Part shown: piece after piece, positions 49,663 through 61,030 of the stretch
How the letters are laid out: every line of letters starts with the position of its first letter
Numbering within the stretch: the first letter of the stretch is position 1
From: Candidatus Lustribacter sp.
GTDB lineage: Bacteria > Vulcanimicrobiota > Vulcanimicrobiia > Vulcanimicrobiales > Vulcanimicrobiaceae
Length of the DNA stretch: 64,000 nt
Direction: 5' to 3'
Assembly (NCBI GenBank): GCA_965277805.1
Contig: OZ255842.1
Span: 5,280,001-5,344,000 of the forward strand
Notes under the pieces: model-generated
Database searches by the model: none
Told to the model about the DNA's origin: nothing
Seen by the model: the letters and a program-made list of their open reading frames with translations, nothing else
Program-made: the position numbers and the translations under genes

Positions 49663-50517
49663 TCAGCGCGCGTTCGGATCGAGCGCTTCGCGCAGTCCGT
49701 CGCCGAGCAAGTTGAAACCGAGTACGAGCGCCGTGATGGCGAGGCCCGGAAAGATCAGCGCCCACGGCGCCGAGACCCAGTAGTCGCGCGCATCGTTGAG
49801 CATCGCGCCCCACTCGGGCGCCGGCGGGCGCGCGCCCAAGCCCAGATACGATAATCCGGCCGCTTCCAGCTCGGCCGTGGCGATACCGAGCGTCCCCTGG
49901 ATCAGCAGCGGCGCGAGGATGTTGGGCAGCACGTGGCGCGCTAGAATGCGCGGCACGCCGGCGCCGATCGCGCGTGCCGCCTCGACGTATTCCGTTTCTT
50001 TGACGCCCAGCACCGACGCTCGCGCGAGGCGCGCATACTGCGGGATGTATACGATGCCGACCGCGATCATCAGGTTGGTGATGCTGGGCCCGAGAATCGT
50101 CGTGATCGCGATTGCCAAGATGATCGAGGGAAACGCGAGGATGATGTCCATCGCGCCCATCAGTGCGTTCTCGACGCGTCCGCCGGCATAGCCCGCGATG
50201 AGGCCGATCAGCGTGCCGAGCGAGATCGCGAGGCCGACCGCGACGAAGCCGATCGCGATCGACGTGCGCGCGCCGTAGACGATGCGCGAGAAGACGTCGC
50301 GGCCGAGCTTATCCGTGCCGAGCCAATGTGCGAACGAGGGCGGCCGCGATTGCTGCGTGAGCGCTTGGCCCAGCGGATCGTGCGGGGCGACGACCGGCGC
50401 GAAGATCGCGACGGCAAGAATCAGCGCCACGATCAGCGCGCCGATGAGCGAGCCCGGCGAACGGCGGAATTTCCGCCACGTGTCGGTCGCGAAGGAGCGC
50501 GACGTTACTGCGGTGAC
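49663..50517 (-). CDS. DppC/OppC-type ABC permease; true start uncertain, upstream of 50430
   Basis: HWLGTDKLGRDVFSR, EYVEAARAIGA, GDGLREALDP; the OppC N-terminal motif continues in frame upstream of 50430. Confidence 0.88.
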   Translation of the reverse strand, partial: VTAVTSRSFATDTWRKFRRSPGSLIGALIVALILAVAIFAPVVAPHDPLGQALTQQSRPPSFAHWLGTDKLGRDVFSRIVYGARTSIAIGFVAVGLAISLGTLIGLIAGYAGGRVENALMGAMDIILAFPSIILAIAITTILGPSITNLMIAVGIVYIPQYARLARASVLGVKETEYVEAARAIGAGVPRILARHVLPNILAPLLIQGTLGIATAELEAAGLSYLGLGARPPAPEWGAMLNDARDYWVSAPWALIFPGLAITALVLGFNLLGDGLREALDPNAR

Positions 50518-50711
50518 GTGCGCGTCCTCATCATGCGCAACAGCTTCTCCAAGTGCGCGATGTACTCGCGGCTATGGGTGAAGGTCCACATCTCGAGCAG
50601 TTTGGGATCGAGATCGTGCTCGGCCGCGTATTTGTCGCGGTCGCCGCTCATCGCGGCGCGGAAGAGGATCGCGACGATCTCGTCGGCGGACGGCTCGGGA
50701 GCCTCGGACAT
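50505..50711 (-). CDS. Small hypothetical protein
   Basis: TGATG coupling to the mnmA stop; helical composition. Confidence 0.55.
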   Translation of the reverse strand: MSEAPEPSADEIVAILFRAAMSGDRDKYAAEHDLDPKLLEMWTFTHSREYIAHLEKLLRMMRTRTSPQ

Positions 50712-51793
50712 CAACGAACCTCGCGAATGGTCGCGGCGCCGAGTACTTCCTCGCCGCTGGTATCGAAGAGCGCGACGAGCTGGCCCGGTGCGATCGCTTG
50801 ATGCAGCGCATCGAAGCGCACGGTCAGCGTGTCGCCGTCGAGCGCGGCGTGCGCGAGCGCCGGCGTTTGGCGGTAGCGCGTCATCGCGAGCACGCGCGCT
50901 GCGCCGTTCGCGAAGCGTTCGGGCTGGATCAAGTTGACCTCGTCGGCGACCAGTTCGTAAGCGCCGAGCTCTTCTTCACGCCCGACGACGATCGTGTTCG
51001 TCGCCGGATCGATGCGCGTCACGTAACGCGGACCCTCGCCGATGTTGGCGGGCAGGCCGCGCCGCTGACCGACGGTATAGTTCGCGATGCCGGCGTGCGC
51101 GCCGACCAGCTCGCCCTCCGACGTACGAATCTCGCCGGCCGTCATCGTGCTGGGAGCGACGCGCGCGAGGATGTCGCGATAGTCGCCGCCTTCGACGAAG
51201 CAGATGTCCTGGGACTCGGTCTTATCGGCGACCAGCAGACGCAGGCGTTCGGCATGGCCGCGGGTCGCGGACTTGTCGAGCTCGCCGAGCGGCAGCAGCA
51301 ATCCGGCGAGCTGCTCGCGGTCAAGTTGGGCCAGGGCGTAGGCTTGGTCCTTGGCGCGGGTACCGCGAAAGAGGTGCGGTCCGTCAGGCCGCTGTTCCAA
51401 GCGCGCGTAGTGGCCGGTGGCGATGTACGGGGCGCCGATGCGGCGTGCATAGGTGCGCAGCGTACCGAGCTTCACGAAGTTGTTGCAGGCGACGCACGGG
51501 TTGGGGGTGCGGCCGGTAGCGTAGTCGCTTGCAAAACGCTCGATCACGTTGCGCCGGAACGTTTCTTCGAAGTCGAGAACGTAATGCGGGATGCCGAGCG
51601 TCTGCGCGCTGCGCCGCGCGTCGTCGAAATCGTCGGCGCCGCAGCATGACTTCGCATGCGCCGGTTTCGTCGGCGCATACATCTTCATTGTGATCCCGAC
51701 GACATCGTAACCGGCCTCTACCAAGAGCCCCGCTGCGACCGCCGAATCGACGCCGCCGCTCATTGCTGCGACGACGCGTTTCCCGCGTGACAT
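50711..51793 (-). CDS. mnmA: tRNA 2-thiouridylase
   Basis: [39 protein letters not shown]. Confidence 0.96.
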   Translation of the reverse strand: MSRGKRVVAAMSGGVDSAVAAGLLVEAGYDVVGITMKMYAPTKPAHAKSCCGADDFDDARRSAQTLGIPHYVLDFEETFRRNVIERFASDYATGRTPNPCVACNNFVKLGTLRTYARRIGAPYIATGHYARLEQRPDGPHLFRGTRAKDQAYALAQLDREQLAGLLLPLGELDKSATRGHAERLRLLVADKTESQDICFVEGGDYRDILARVAPSTMTAGEIRTSEGELVGAHAGIANYTVGQRRGLPANIGEGPRYVTRIDPATNTIVVGREEELGAYELVADEVNLIQPERFANGAARVLAMTRYRQTPALAHAALDGDTLTVRFDALHQAIAPGQLVALFDTSGEEVLGAATIREVR

Positions 51794-51849
51794 TGCATTC
51801 GTATGACTCGGCCACAGGAGAACGGGATGCGCCCGCAAACCGGTTTATT

Positions 51850-52665
51850 GTGTCAGCGCTCGGCGAGGAGTTCCGCAGCGCGCGTGAAGCGCGCGGCCTT
51901 TCGCTCTCGGACGTTGCGGAACGGCTGCACATCCGCAGCGTCTATCTCGCTGCGATCGAAGATGAGGATTGGCACGTTATCGGGGCACCGGTTTACGTCC
52001 GGGGCTTCATGCGAACGTATGCTCGATTTCTCGGGCTCGACCCCGAGGCGGCCGTCGCGAGGTTCGCCGCCGTGATCCCGGCCAACGCCCCGCCCGCTCC
52101 CGCCCCGCGCCAGGCTGCGGCGGCGAACGCGGCCGAAAAGCGCGCCGCCGGGGAGCGCAGCAGCCCCTCTCTCGCCGCGGTGCTCTCGATTGTGGTCGCG
52201 GTGCTGGTCGTACTATTCGTGGGCTACGAGTTCTACCAGTACCGGGCCGGAGGGCCGGCGGCCCCGGTCGCCGATGCCTCAGCGGTGCCTGCCGGCCCGG
52301 ACGTGGCCGCCGCGCCCCCGGCCGCCGGTTCCAATACGCCCGCCCTCGCCGGCGCCGCTGCCGGGGGCGACTCCCTCGCCGCGGTCCCGTCGCTAGCCTC
52401 GCCGGCGGCGGCACCCAAGGCCGTCAAGCGGGGTCTGAACCTTCATGTGACGGAGACGTCGTGGCTGCGAGTAACCGTCGATGGTACCGTAGTCCTCGAA
52501 GGGACGCTCCCGACCGGCGCGTCTAAGACGTTTACGGGAAAGGTCGCCGACGTTCGGGTCGGCAATGCCGGCGGCGTCAAAATCGCGGTCAACGGGCGCG
52601 CGCTCGGACCGCTCGGCGCGTCCGGTGACGTCGTGGAGCGGCGCTTCGTCCTCTCCGGAGAGTAA
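51850..52665 (+). CDS. RodZ-like protein (HTH + TM + DUF4115)
   Basis: AREARGLSLSDVA, YVRGFMRTYARFLGLD, one TM, VGNAGGV. Confidence 0.85.
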   Translation: MSALGEEFRSAREARGLSLSDVAERLHIRSVYLAAIEDEDWHVIGAPVYVRGFMRTYARFLGLDPEAAVARFAAVIPANAPPAPAPRQAAAANAAEKRAAGERSSPSLAAVLSIVVAVLVVLFVGYEFYQYRAGGPAAPVADASAVPAGPDVAAAPPAAGSNTPALAGAAAGGDSLAAVPSLASPAAAPKAVKRGLNLHVTETSWLRVTVDGTVVLEGTLPTGASKTFTGKVADVRVGNAGGVKIAVNGRALGPLGASGDVVERRFVLSGE

Positions 52666-52671
52666 TTACCT

Positions 52672-53160
52672 ATGGCCGACTTCTCGTTTGATGTCGTTTC
52701 GAAAATCGACCCGCAAGAATTAGACAACGCCCTCAACCAAGCGCGGAAAGAAATTGCCGGCCGCTTCGATTTCAAGCATTCCATCGCGTCCATCGAGAAC
52801 ACCGACAAAGAGATCACCGTCCTCGCCGACGACGAAATGAAGCTCAAGAACGTTGTCGATATCATCCAGAGCAAAGCCGTCAAGCGTGGCATCGATCTCA
52901 AAGCCTTTGATTTGAAGGAAGCGGAACCGGCAAGCGGTAGCACGCTTCGTCAGAAGATCGTTTTGCGAGCGGGTATTCCGAAGGACAAGAGCAAGCCGCT
53001 GATCGAGGCGATCAAAGCCTCGAAGCTCAAGGTGAACGCGCAGTACCAGGACGAGCAGATCCGCGTCTCAGGTAAATCCAAGGACGATCTGCAAAAAGTA
53101 CAGTCGCTTCTGACCGGCTTGACCTACGAGTTGCCGCTGCAATTCACGAACTACCGCTGA
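52672..53160 (+). CDS. yajQ: YajQ-family nucleotide/c-di-GMP-binding protein
   Basis: SFDVVSK, RFDFK, RVSGKSKDDLQ, LQFTNYR. Confidence 0.95.
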   Translation: MADFSFDVVSKIDPQELDNALNQARKEIAGRFDFKHSIASIENTDKEITVLADDEMKLKNVVDIIQSKAVKRGIDLKAFDLKEAEPASGSTLRQKIVLRAGIPKDKSKPLIEAIKASKLKVNAQYQDEQIRVSGKSKDDLQKVQSLLTGLTYELPLQFTNYR

Positions 53161-53180
53161 CCGCGGTAGCATAAACGAGG

Positions 53181-54599
53181 GTGACCATCAACGTGCCAAC
53201 CGCCCCATCGACCGGCTCGGGGCAGCGAGTCTCATTCGTGTCCCTCGGCTGCGCCAAGAACCTCGTCGACTCCGAGGTGATGATCGGCAAGCTGGGTGCT
53301 GCCGGCTGGGAGCTGGTTCCGGACGCCGCCGATGCCGACGCGATCGTGGTCAACACGTGTGCCTTCATCGATCCGGCGAAGGCTGAATCGACCGATGTCA
53401 TCCTCGAGCACGCGCAGCGCAAACGTCCGGGCCAGCAGCTGATCGTCGCCGGCTGTCTCTCACAACGCTTCGGCGCCGAACTGCAGTCGCTGATCCCCGA
53501 AATCGACGGGGTCGTCGGCACCGGCGCGTACGCCGGGATCGTCGAGCTGCTCGAAGACGCGCAGGCCGGCAAACGGCCCGTGCGGCTCGATTTCGAAGCC
53601 GAGCCCGAACACGATTTCTTGCCGCGGCTGATTACGACGCCGTCGGCCACGGCCTACCTGAAGATCGCCGAAGGCTGCGATCACCCGTGCACGTTCTGCA
53701 TCATCCCGCAACTGCGCGGCGCGTTCCGTTCGCGTTCGGAAGAGTCGATCCTGATGGAAGCGCGTGCGCTGGCGGCCGGCGGCACGAAAGAACTGATCCT
53801 CATCGCGCAAGACACCTCGATGTACGGCCGCGATCGCGGCGCACGCCGCGGCGGTTTGGCGCGGCTGCTCGAAAAGCTCAACGCGATCGAGGAGCTCACC
53901 TGGATCCGCTTGCTCTACCTTTATCCGGCCACGGTCGACAGCGAGTTGATCGACGCGATGGGCGCGCTCGACAAAGTCTGCGCGTACATGGATATGCCGC
54001 TGCAGCATGCGCACCCCGACGTCTTGCGCGCGATGCGCCGGCCCTCCAACGGCGAACGCTATCTCGAGATCATCGATGAGTTCCGGCGCCGCATTCCGGG
54101 CGTGACGATGCGCTCGACGTTCATCGTCGGGTTCCCCGGCGAGACCGACGAGCACGTCGCTTATCTCGAAGAATTCATCGCTAAGGCGCAGCTCGATCGC
54201 GTCGGTTTCTTCACGTACTCGCGCGAAGACGGAACTCCCGGCGCACTGCTCGGCAATCAAGTGCCGGCGGCGGCCAAACGCAAACGGCTCGTGCGCCTGC
54301 GCGAAGCGCAACGTTTGGCCTCGGAGCGCGCGCGCGCGACGCGCATCGGATCGACCGTGCGCGTGCTGATCGAAGAACGCCGCCGCTTGCGGCGCACGGA
54401 TCCGCTGGCGGTTGCGCTCGGCGGCGTCGACGTCACCGTCGGCCGCTCCGAGGGCGAAGCGCCGGGCGTCGACGGCGGCATCTACCTGCGCGAAGACCTA
54501 CCGATCGGTTCGTTCGCGGATGTCCGTCTCGACGGTCACGGCGCGTTTGATTTCTACGGCGCGGCGATTGCGGATCGGCACGTGGCGGTCGGCGTTTGA
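53181..54599 (+). CDS. rimO: Ribosomal protein S12 methylthiotransferase
   Basis: SLGCAKNLVDSE, YLKIAEGCDHPCTFC, APGVDG. Confidence 0.94.
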   Translation: MTINVPTAPSTGSGQRVSFVSLGCAKNLVDSEVMIGKLGAAGWELVPDAADADAIVVNTCAFIDPAKAESTDVILEHAQRKRPGQQLIVAGCLSQRFGAELQSLIPEIDGVVGTGAYAGIVELLEDAQAGKRPVRLDFEAEPEHDFLPRLITTPSATAYLKIAEGCDHPCTFCIIPQLRGAFRSRSEESILMEARALAAGGTKELILIAQDTSMYGRDRGARRGGLARLLEKLNAIEELTWIRLLYLYPATVDSELIDAMGALDKVCAYMDMPLQHAHPDVLRAMRRPSNGERYLEIIDEFRRRIPGVTMRSTFIVGFPGETDEHVAYLEEFIAKAQLDRVGFFTYSREDGTPGALLGNQVPAAAKRKRLVRLREAQRLASERARATRIGSTVRVLIEERRRLRRTDPLAVALGGVDVTVGRSEGEAPGVDGGIYLREDLPIGSFADVRLDGHGAFDFYGAAIADRHVAVGV

Positions 54600-56026
54600 G
54601 TAAGCGGATCGAGGCGGGACCGCCGGGCGATCGCGAGGTCCGGCACCGCCGCAGCGAACCGGTTCGTGCCGAGACGGACTACGCGCGACATGACCGGCTG
54701 GCGTATATCCTGGGCGCGCTGCTGATCGTTTTCGGATTGTTCACCTCCGCCGTCGCGTATACGATGGTGCGTTCGCATACCTATAACCCGGTCGTCGGCA
54801 TCGTGAACTACTTCGTGCCCTCGCCCGAATCGATGTTCGGCAAGGAGCGTATCTTCATTCTCCTCACCGGGCTCGACTACGACTACAACAACCTCGATGA
54901 GCCGACGTCGAAAGACTCGCGCACCGACAAGATCGAGGCCTATGCGATCGACTTCCCGACCAAGGTCGTCAAGAGCATCGCGGTGCCGCGCGACATGGAT
55001 GCAGTCGTCGCCGGCCACGAAGACAAGATCAACGATGCCTATCACTTCGGCGGCGAGAAAAACACCGACGCGGTCGTCGGAGCCTTTCTCGGGCTGCCGA
55101 AAACCGATAGCGGCAGCTACTTCGACCGGTACCTGACGTTCCGCATCAACACCGCCAAAGACTTGATCAACGCGATCGGCGGGGTCGACGTGCCGGTCAC
55201 CGAGACGTTGAATTACGACGACACGTGGGGCCATCTCCACATCCATTTCAAGCCGGGCCTCACGCACATGGACGGCGACATGGCCGTGTCCTACATGCGC
55301 TTCCGTCATGACGCGTGCAGCGATCCGTGCCGCATCAAGCGTCAGCAGTCCGTCGAAAAAATCACGATGGAGAAGCTCAAGAGCGACAAGTTCAACGACC
55401 TCACGCACATCGCGCAACTGATCGACGTACTGCACCGCGACGTCGACACGAACCTGACGCCCGACGAGATGAAGAGCGTCGCGTGGGCGTTCCGCGACAT
55501 GAACCTCACCGACGTGCACCAGACGCAAGTCCCGTTTATCGGCGACAAGGAGCTCAATTGCTGCGGTGACGTGCTCGTCGCCGACACTGCCGGTTTGTCG
55601 AAGATCGTCTCCGACTTCGTCGGCCCCTACGTCGCGGCCACGCCGCCGCCGTCGGTCGACGCGCTCGCCGCGGTGAAGCCCTCCGAGCTGCGCATCGACG
55701 TGCGCAACGGCAGCGGCGTGCCCGGGCTCGGCGCAAAGCTGGCCGCCGTCTTGCGCAAAGACGGCTACGTGATCAACAGCATCGGGAACGCCGATAACTT
55801 CGATTACGACACGACGCAGATCCGCGCGACGGCGAAGACGCCGCTGGCCGGCGAGCGCGTGCGCAACGATATCCACCTCGCCGCGGCGACGGTGACGCCG
55901 GTGCCCAATCCCACCGTTGCGGCAACGGCCGCGGCGTCGAGCAAGACGACCGCGCTGGCCGACGTGACGGTCGTCGTCGGGCGCGACTATCTCAACGTGC
56001 CGGCGGAGCCCGTCGCGCCGAAGTGA
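54596..56026 (+). CDS. LCP (LytR-CpsA-Psr) protein with LytR_C domain
   Basis: RTD, VPRD, KINDAY, RFRHD..RIKRQQ, VRNGSGVPGLG. Confidence 0.88.
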   Translation: MSKRIEAGPPGDREVRHRRSEPVRAETDYARHDRLAYILGALLIVFGLFTSAVAYTMVRSHTYNPVVGIVNYFVPSPESMFGKERIFILLTGLDYDYNNLDEPTSKDSRTDKIEAYAIDFPTKVVKSIAVPRDMDAVVAGHEDKINDAYHFGGEKNTDAVVGAFLGLPKTDSGSYFDRYLTFRINTAKDLINAIGGVDVPVTETLNYDDTWGHLHIHFKPGLTHMDGDMAVSYMRFRHDACSDPCRIKRQQSVEKITMEKLKSDKFNDLTHIAQLIDVLHRDVDTNLTPDEMKSVAWAFRDMNLTDVHQTQVPFIGDKELNCCGDVLVADTAGLSKIVSDFVGPYVAATPPPSVDALAAVKPSELRIDVRNGSGVPGLGAKLAAVLRKDGYVINSIGNADNFDYDTTQIRATAKTPLAGERVRNDIHLAAATVTPVPNPTVAATAAASSKTTALADVTVVVGRDYLNVPAEPVAPK

Positions 56027-56856
56027 AGCGCCTCGCGGCGGTCGCCGTCATCGTGGCCGTCGCGATCGGTCTCACTTACGGCGGGTACCGCGTGTACCGG
56101 CGGTCGCTGCCGCCGCTGCCGGCGGTCGTGATGCACGACGCGCCGCTAGCGCCGTTGCTGGAAGCCTCGCTCGGCGCTCGCCTCCGGCATGCGGTGCTCG
56201 GCAGCGCGGCCGACCGGCACGTCGCCGGCCCGAAGCTGATCGCGCTGACGTTCGATGACGGTCCCTATCCGGTCGACACCCCGATGCTGCTCTCGGTGCT
56301 CCACGCCGCGCGCGTTCCGGCCACGTTTTTCCTGATCGGCCGCGACGCAGAGCAATATCCGGGGCTCGTTCGGGCGATCGCTGCGGGCGGCAACGAGATC
56401 GCCAACCACACCGAGACCCACCCCGATTTGACCACGCTCGACGGCCCGGCCGTGACCCGCGAGCTCACGGAGGGCGCCGCGACGCTGTCCGGGCTGACCC
56501 CGGGCCCCGAGATCCGGCACGAGTTCCGGCCGCCGCATGGGCGCTTCCGCGAGGCCACGCTGGCCGCCGCCCAGAGCGCCGGCTACGACACGATCCTCTG
56601 GACCGACGATCCGGGCGACTGGCGGAATGTCACGCGCATGGTCATCGGGGACCACATCGCGCGCTACGCGACGAGCCCGGAGATCCTGTTACTGCACAAC
56701 GGGCGGCCGGAGACGGTCGCGTTGCTGCCCGGCATAATCCAACGCTTCCGCAGCGCCGGGTATACCTTCACCACGGTGAGCGAAATCGTACGGCGGCTTG
56801 GTCCCGGACCGCTCAACCACGCCGCCCGGACGCCGCTCCCGCTCACGAACGACTAA
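56023..56856 (+). CDS. Polysaccharide deacetylase (CE4)
   Basis: [24 protein letters not shown]. Confidence 0.92.
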   Translation: MKRLAAVAVIVAVAIGLTYGGYRVYRRSLPPLPAVVMHDAPLAPLLEASLGARLRHAVLGSAADRHVAGPKLIALTFDDGPYPVDTPMLLSVLHAARVPATFFLIGRDAEQYPGLVRAIAAGGNEIANHTETHPDLTTLDGPAVTRELTEGAATLSGLTPGPEIRHEFRPPHGRFREATLAAAQSAGYDTILWTDDPGDWRNVTRMVIGDHIARYATSPEILLLHNGRPETVALLPGIIQRFRSAGYTFTTVSEIVRRLGPGPLNHAARTPLPLTND

Positions 56857-56902
56857 CCCTCCAAGAGGAACCGGGCGGCGCGCCGAACGGTTATACACCT
56901 GT

Positions 56903-59557
56903 ATGGCTTTCCTCAAGACGCTCTTCGACGGCAACGAGCGTGAAGTAATCCGGCTGCGGAAGACCGCCGATCGCGTCAACGCGCTCGAACCCGCAACAGC
57001 CGCCCTCTCTGACGAAGCGCTGGCCGCCAAAACGGTCGAGTTCCGCGAACGGCTGGCGGGCGGCGCGACCGTCGACGAACTGCTCGTCGAGGCATTCGCA
57101 GTCGTGCGCGAGGCCGGCAAACGGGTCCTGGGGATGCGGCATTTCGACGTGCAGCTGATGGGCGGTCACGCCCTGCACGAAGGCAACGTTGCCGAGATGC
57201 GCACCGGTGAGGGCAAGACGCTCGTCGCCACGCTCCCCGTCTACCTCAACGCGCTCACCGGTGAGGGCGTGCACGTCGTCACGGTCAACGACTACCTCGC
57301 CAAACGCGACGCGGAATGGATGGGGCCGCTCTACAACGCGCTCGGCCTCACCGTCGGCATCATCCAGCACGATCTCGATTCCGCCGCGCGCCGCGAAGCG
57401 TACAACTGCGACATCACCTACGTCACGAACAACGAAGTCGGCTTCGACTACCTGCGCGATAACATGGCGTGGAGTCTCGATCAGATGGTGCAGCGCAAAC
57501 TGCACTTCGCGATCGTCGACGAAGTCGACTCGATCCTCATCGACGAGGCGCGCACGCCGCTGATCATCAGCGGTCAGGGTCACGATGCGACCGAGCTGTA
57601 CGGCTCGTTCGCCAAGATTCTTCCCCGCCTCGTGAAGGACGAAGACTTCACCGTCGATGAGAAATCGCACGCCGTGCCGATCACGGAAAAGGGCGTCGCG
57701 AAGGTCGAGAAGATCCTCGGCGTCACGAACCTCTACGACCAGCGTAACCTCGAGCTGACGCACCAGCTCAACGCCGCGCTGAAGGCATGGCATCTCTTCC
57801 ACAAGGACCAGCAGTACATCGTCAAGGACGGCGAAGTCGTCATCGTCGATGAATTCACCGGCCGCTTGATGTACGGACGCCGCTATTCCGAAGGCATCCA
57901 TCAGGCGATCGAGGCGAAAGAAGGCCTGGCGGTTCGCAGCGAGGATCAGACGCTCGCAACGATCACGTTCCAGAATTACTTCCGCCTCTACAAGAAACTC
58001 GCCGGCATGACCGGTACCGCGAAGACGGAAGAACGCGAGTTCCGCGACATTTACGGCCTCAACGTCGTCGTCATGCCGACGAACCAAGCCGTCGCGCGCA
58101 AAGACCAGCCCGATATCGTCTACCGCACCGAGAACGCGAAGTTTGAAGCGGTCGTCGACGAGATCATTGCCGAACACGAAAAGGGCCGCCCGGTACTGGT
58201 GGGCACGCGTTCGATCGAAAAATCCGAGCGCCTTGCGATGCTCTTGCGCCGGCGCGGCGTCGAGTGCAACGTGCTCAACGCGAAGTATCACGAGCAAGAA
58301 GCGCAGATCATCAAAGACGCCGGTTTTTGGGGCGCGGTGACGATCGCGACCAACATGGCCGGCCGCGGCGTCGACATCAAACTCGGCGAAGGCGTGGCCG
58401 CGATCGGCGGCCTGCACATCATCGGCACGGAGCGCCACGAGTCGCGGCGTATCGACAACCAGCTGCGCGGCCGCGCCGGCCGTCAGGGCGATCCGGGCTC
58501 GACGCGCTTCTACATCGCGCTCGACGATGAGCTGATGCGCCTTTTCGGCGCCGAGCGCATTCAGAAGATGATGGACTTCGTCAAGTTCACCGACGAAACG
58601 CCGATCGAAGCCGGCATCCTGTCGAAATCGATCGAGAACGCGCAGTCGAAGGTCGAGAACCACAACTACGAGATCCGCAAACAGGTACTCGAGTACGACG
58701 ACGTCATGAACAAGCAGCGCGAGGTGATTTACGCCGAGCGCCGCCGAGTGCTCGAAGGCCAGCCGTTGCGCGACTTCTTCATCGAGACGCTGCAAACCAA
58801 AGTCAGCGACGCCGTCAACAGCGGCGCGCCGCCGGAAGAACATCCGAGCGAGTGGGATCTCGAGGCGATTCTCGACGAGCTGCAGCTGATCGTTCCGATC
58901 AAAGACCGCATCACCGTCGCCGAACTCGAATCGATGGACCGCGACGCGATGAAGGAGCGCTTGAGCGAGATCGCCGTCAGCTTCTACGAGGCCAAGGAAG
59001 CTGAAGTCACGCCCGAAATCATGCGCATGGTCGAGTCGCAGTACATCATGCTGCCGATCATCGACCGGCTGTGGGTCGATCATCTCTACATCATGGACGC
59101 GCTTAAGGCCGGCATCGGCTTGCGCGGCTACGGTCAGAAAGACCCGCGCGTCGAGTACGAAAAAGAAGCTTACGAGATCTTCGAAGACCTCAAGAGCAAC
59201 ATCGCCGACGAGGCGATCAAGGCCGTGTTCTCGGTGCGCATCGAGATCGAGCCCGAAGCTGCGCCGCAACCGGTGGCCGTGGGCGCCAACGGCAACGGTG
59301 CCGCACCGGCGTTCGAACCGCTGCCGACGGGCCAACTGATTCCGCAGGCCGCGCCGCACATGGACCCGGTCGCTGCGGAACGTCTGCTCGGACCCGCCCC
59401 GCGCGGGCCGGCCGAAAACGTCCGCACCAACCGCGACGATGCGACGGCTCCCGCGGCAAAATCGAACGGCTCACAGCCGGATAAAGTCGGCCGCAACGAT
59501 ATGTGTCCGTGCGGCTCAGGTAAGAAGTACAAGCGCTGTCACGGAGCCGCTGCTTAG
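56903..59557 (+). CDS. secA: Preprotein translocase ATPase
   Basis: [41 protein letters not shown]. Confidence 0.98.
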   Translation: MAFLKTLFDGNEREVIRLRKTADRVNALEPATAALSDEALAAKTVEFRERLAGGATVDELLVEAFAVVREAGKRVLGMRHFDVQLMGGHALHEGNVAEMRTGEGKTLVATLPVYLNALTGEGVHVVTVNDYLAKRDAEWMGPLYNALGLTVGIIQHDLDSAARREAYNCDITYVTNNEVGFDYLRDNMAWSLDQMVQRKLHFAIVDEVDSILIDEARTPLIISGQGHDATELYGSFAKILPRLVKDEDFTVDEKSHAVPITEKGVAKVEKILGVTNLYDQRNLELTHQLNAALKAWHLFHKDQQYIVKDGEVVIVDEFTGRLMYGRRYSEGIHQAIEAKEGLAVRSEDQTLATITFQNYFRLYKKLAGMTGTAKTEEREFRDIYGLNVVVMPTNQAVARKDQPDIVYRTENAKFEAVVDEIIAEHEKGRPVLVGTRSIEKSERLAMLLRRRGVECNVLNAKYHEQEAQIIKDAGFWGAVTIATNMAGRGVDIKLGEGVAAIGGLHIIGTERHESRRIDNQLRGRAGRQGDPGSTRFYIALDDELMRLFGAERIQKMMDFVKFTDETPIEAGILSKSIENAQSKVENHNYEIRKQVLEYDDVMNKQREVIYAERRRVLEGQPLRDFFIETLQTKVSDAVNSGAPPEEHPSEWDLEAILDELQLIVPIKDRITVAELESMDRDAMKERLSEIAVSFYEAKEAEVTPEIMRMVESQYIMLPIIDRLWVDHLYIMDALKAGIGLRGYGQKDPRVEYEKEAYEIFEDLKSNIADEAIKAVFSVRIEIEPEAAPQPVAVGANGNGAAPAFEPLPTGQLIPQAAPHMDPVAAERLLGPAPRGPAENVRTNRDDATAPAAKSNGSQPDKVGRNDMCPCGSGKKYKRCHGAAA

Positions 59558-59612
59558 CGCTTGCTCTTTTTGGGTACAGCGTGCGCCGCCACCCGGCAAG
59601 CAAGGCTCACGC

Positions 59613-61022
59613 ATGTTCCGCAGTACTAGGGTCGACGAAGTCGCGCTTCCGAAGTTGGCGACGGCTACGGCCTCCCGCAGTCAGCGGTTTAGCGCTGCCA
59701 TCGTCGCGCTGCTCCTGATTGCCGCCGCGCTCGCCGCAACGCGTGCCAGCAGCACCGTTGGGCCGGTGCTGCCGACGCTCATCCCGCTGACGGCCGGAAT
59801 CGCGTGCTTCTCCGAACTTCTCGCCGCCTTTCTCTTGATCAGCCAGTACCGCGTTACCGGCGTTACACTGCTCGTTACGGCGGGCGCGGCGTTCACGCTG
59901 AGCGCGCTCTTGATGCTGCCGTACATCGTTAGCTTTCCGGGAGTGCTGGTCGCGGGCACGTTCGGAGGAAATGAACAAACGGCGATTTGGCTCTGGGTTG
60001 CATGGCATCTCGTCTTTCCGGCGGTCATTGCATCTTATGCGGTCCTTGACGCCGGCTTGTGCGGCGTCACGCCTGCGGCGCGCATAACGAGAACGCTCTG
60101 CACGTACGTCGGCGCGGCTACGCTCGCAGCGGCTGCCTTGACGGCCGTCGCATTCGTCAGCGCCCCGCTGCTGCCGACGCTGATCGTGCGCGGGCACTTT
60201 CAACCTTTGTTCATAATGGTTATCGGGCCGGCGATCATCGCCGCCGATGTGCTGACCTTGGCATTACTCGCGCGCAATGCGAAGAACGCGACGACGCTGC
60301 AGGTGGCTCTCGCCCTTTCGCTGCTGACGGCCGCACTCGACGCCCTACTCAACGCGGTTTCGGGCGCACGCTATACGCCGACGTGGTACGTCGGCAAGAT
60401 TGAAATGCTGATGACGGCTTCGATCGTGGGCGTGACGCTACTGGCCGAAGTCGCGGATCTCTACCGGCGTGCGGCGTCGCTAGCAACGATCGACCCGCTG
60501 ACGGGTCTCGGAAACCGGCGTTCGCTCGAGGAACGCTTCAGTTGGGCGCTAGGCTATGCGCGGCGCTAACGGCACTTCATTGCGATGATCGTTATCGATA
60601 TCGACGAATTCAAGAAGTACAATGACGCCTTCGGGCACGCTGCCGGCGATGAATGCTTGATTCGTGTCGCTGCCACCCTGCGGGATCAACTGAAACGGCC
60701 CAACGACCTCGTCATCCGATTCGGCGGCGAAGAGTTCGTCGTGCTTCTCGTCGACTGCAACGAGGCCGCCACGCAAGCGATTGGAGAACGCTTGCGTACG
60801 GCGATCGAGGGACTGCAAATCGCGCACGCGCCGGCCGCGTCCGGGCCGGTCGTAACCATCAGCCTCGGTTGCAGCGCTGCGAAGGCGTTATCGCTTCGCG
60901 ACAACGACCTCTTCGAGGCGGCCGATCGTGCGCTCTACATTGCAAAGGCGGCCGGACGAAACCGGTGCAGCTTCGACGTCGAGGCCGCAGCCCCGGTCGC
61001 ACTCGACCCCGCGACCGCATAA
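59613..61022 (+). pseudogene. MASE4-GGDEF diguanylate cyclase interrupted by an in-frame TAA at 60567-60569
   Basis: Both ORFs share a frame: DPLTGLGNRR..YARR*RHFIAMIVIDIDEFKKYND..RFGGEEF. Confidence 0.82.
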
Positions 61023-61030
61023 GACGACCG

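Noticed and set aside
56891-59359. Long antisense ORFs opposite secA (likewise opposite lpdA, aceE, rnj and the ABC genes)
   Set aside because: Stop-poor reverse frames are expected in high-GC DNA; they fully overlap well-supported genes.
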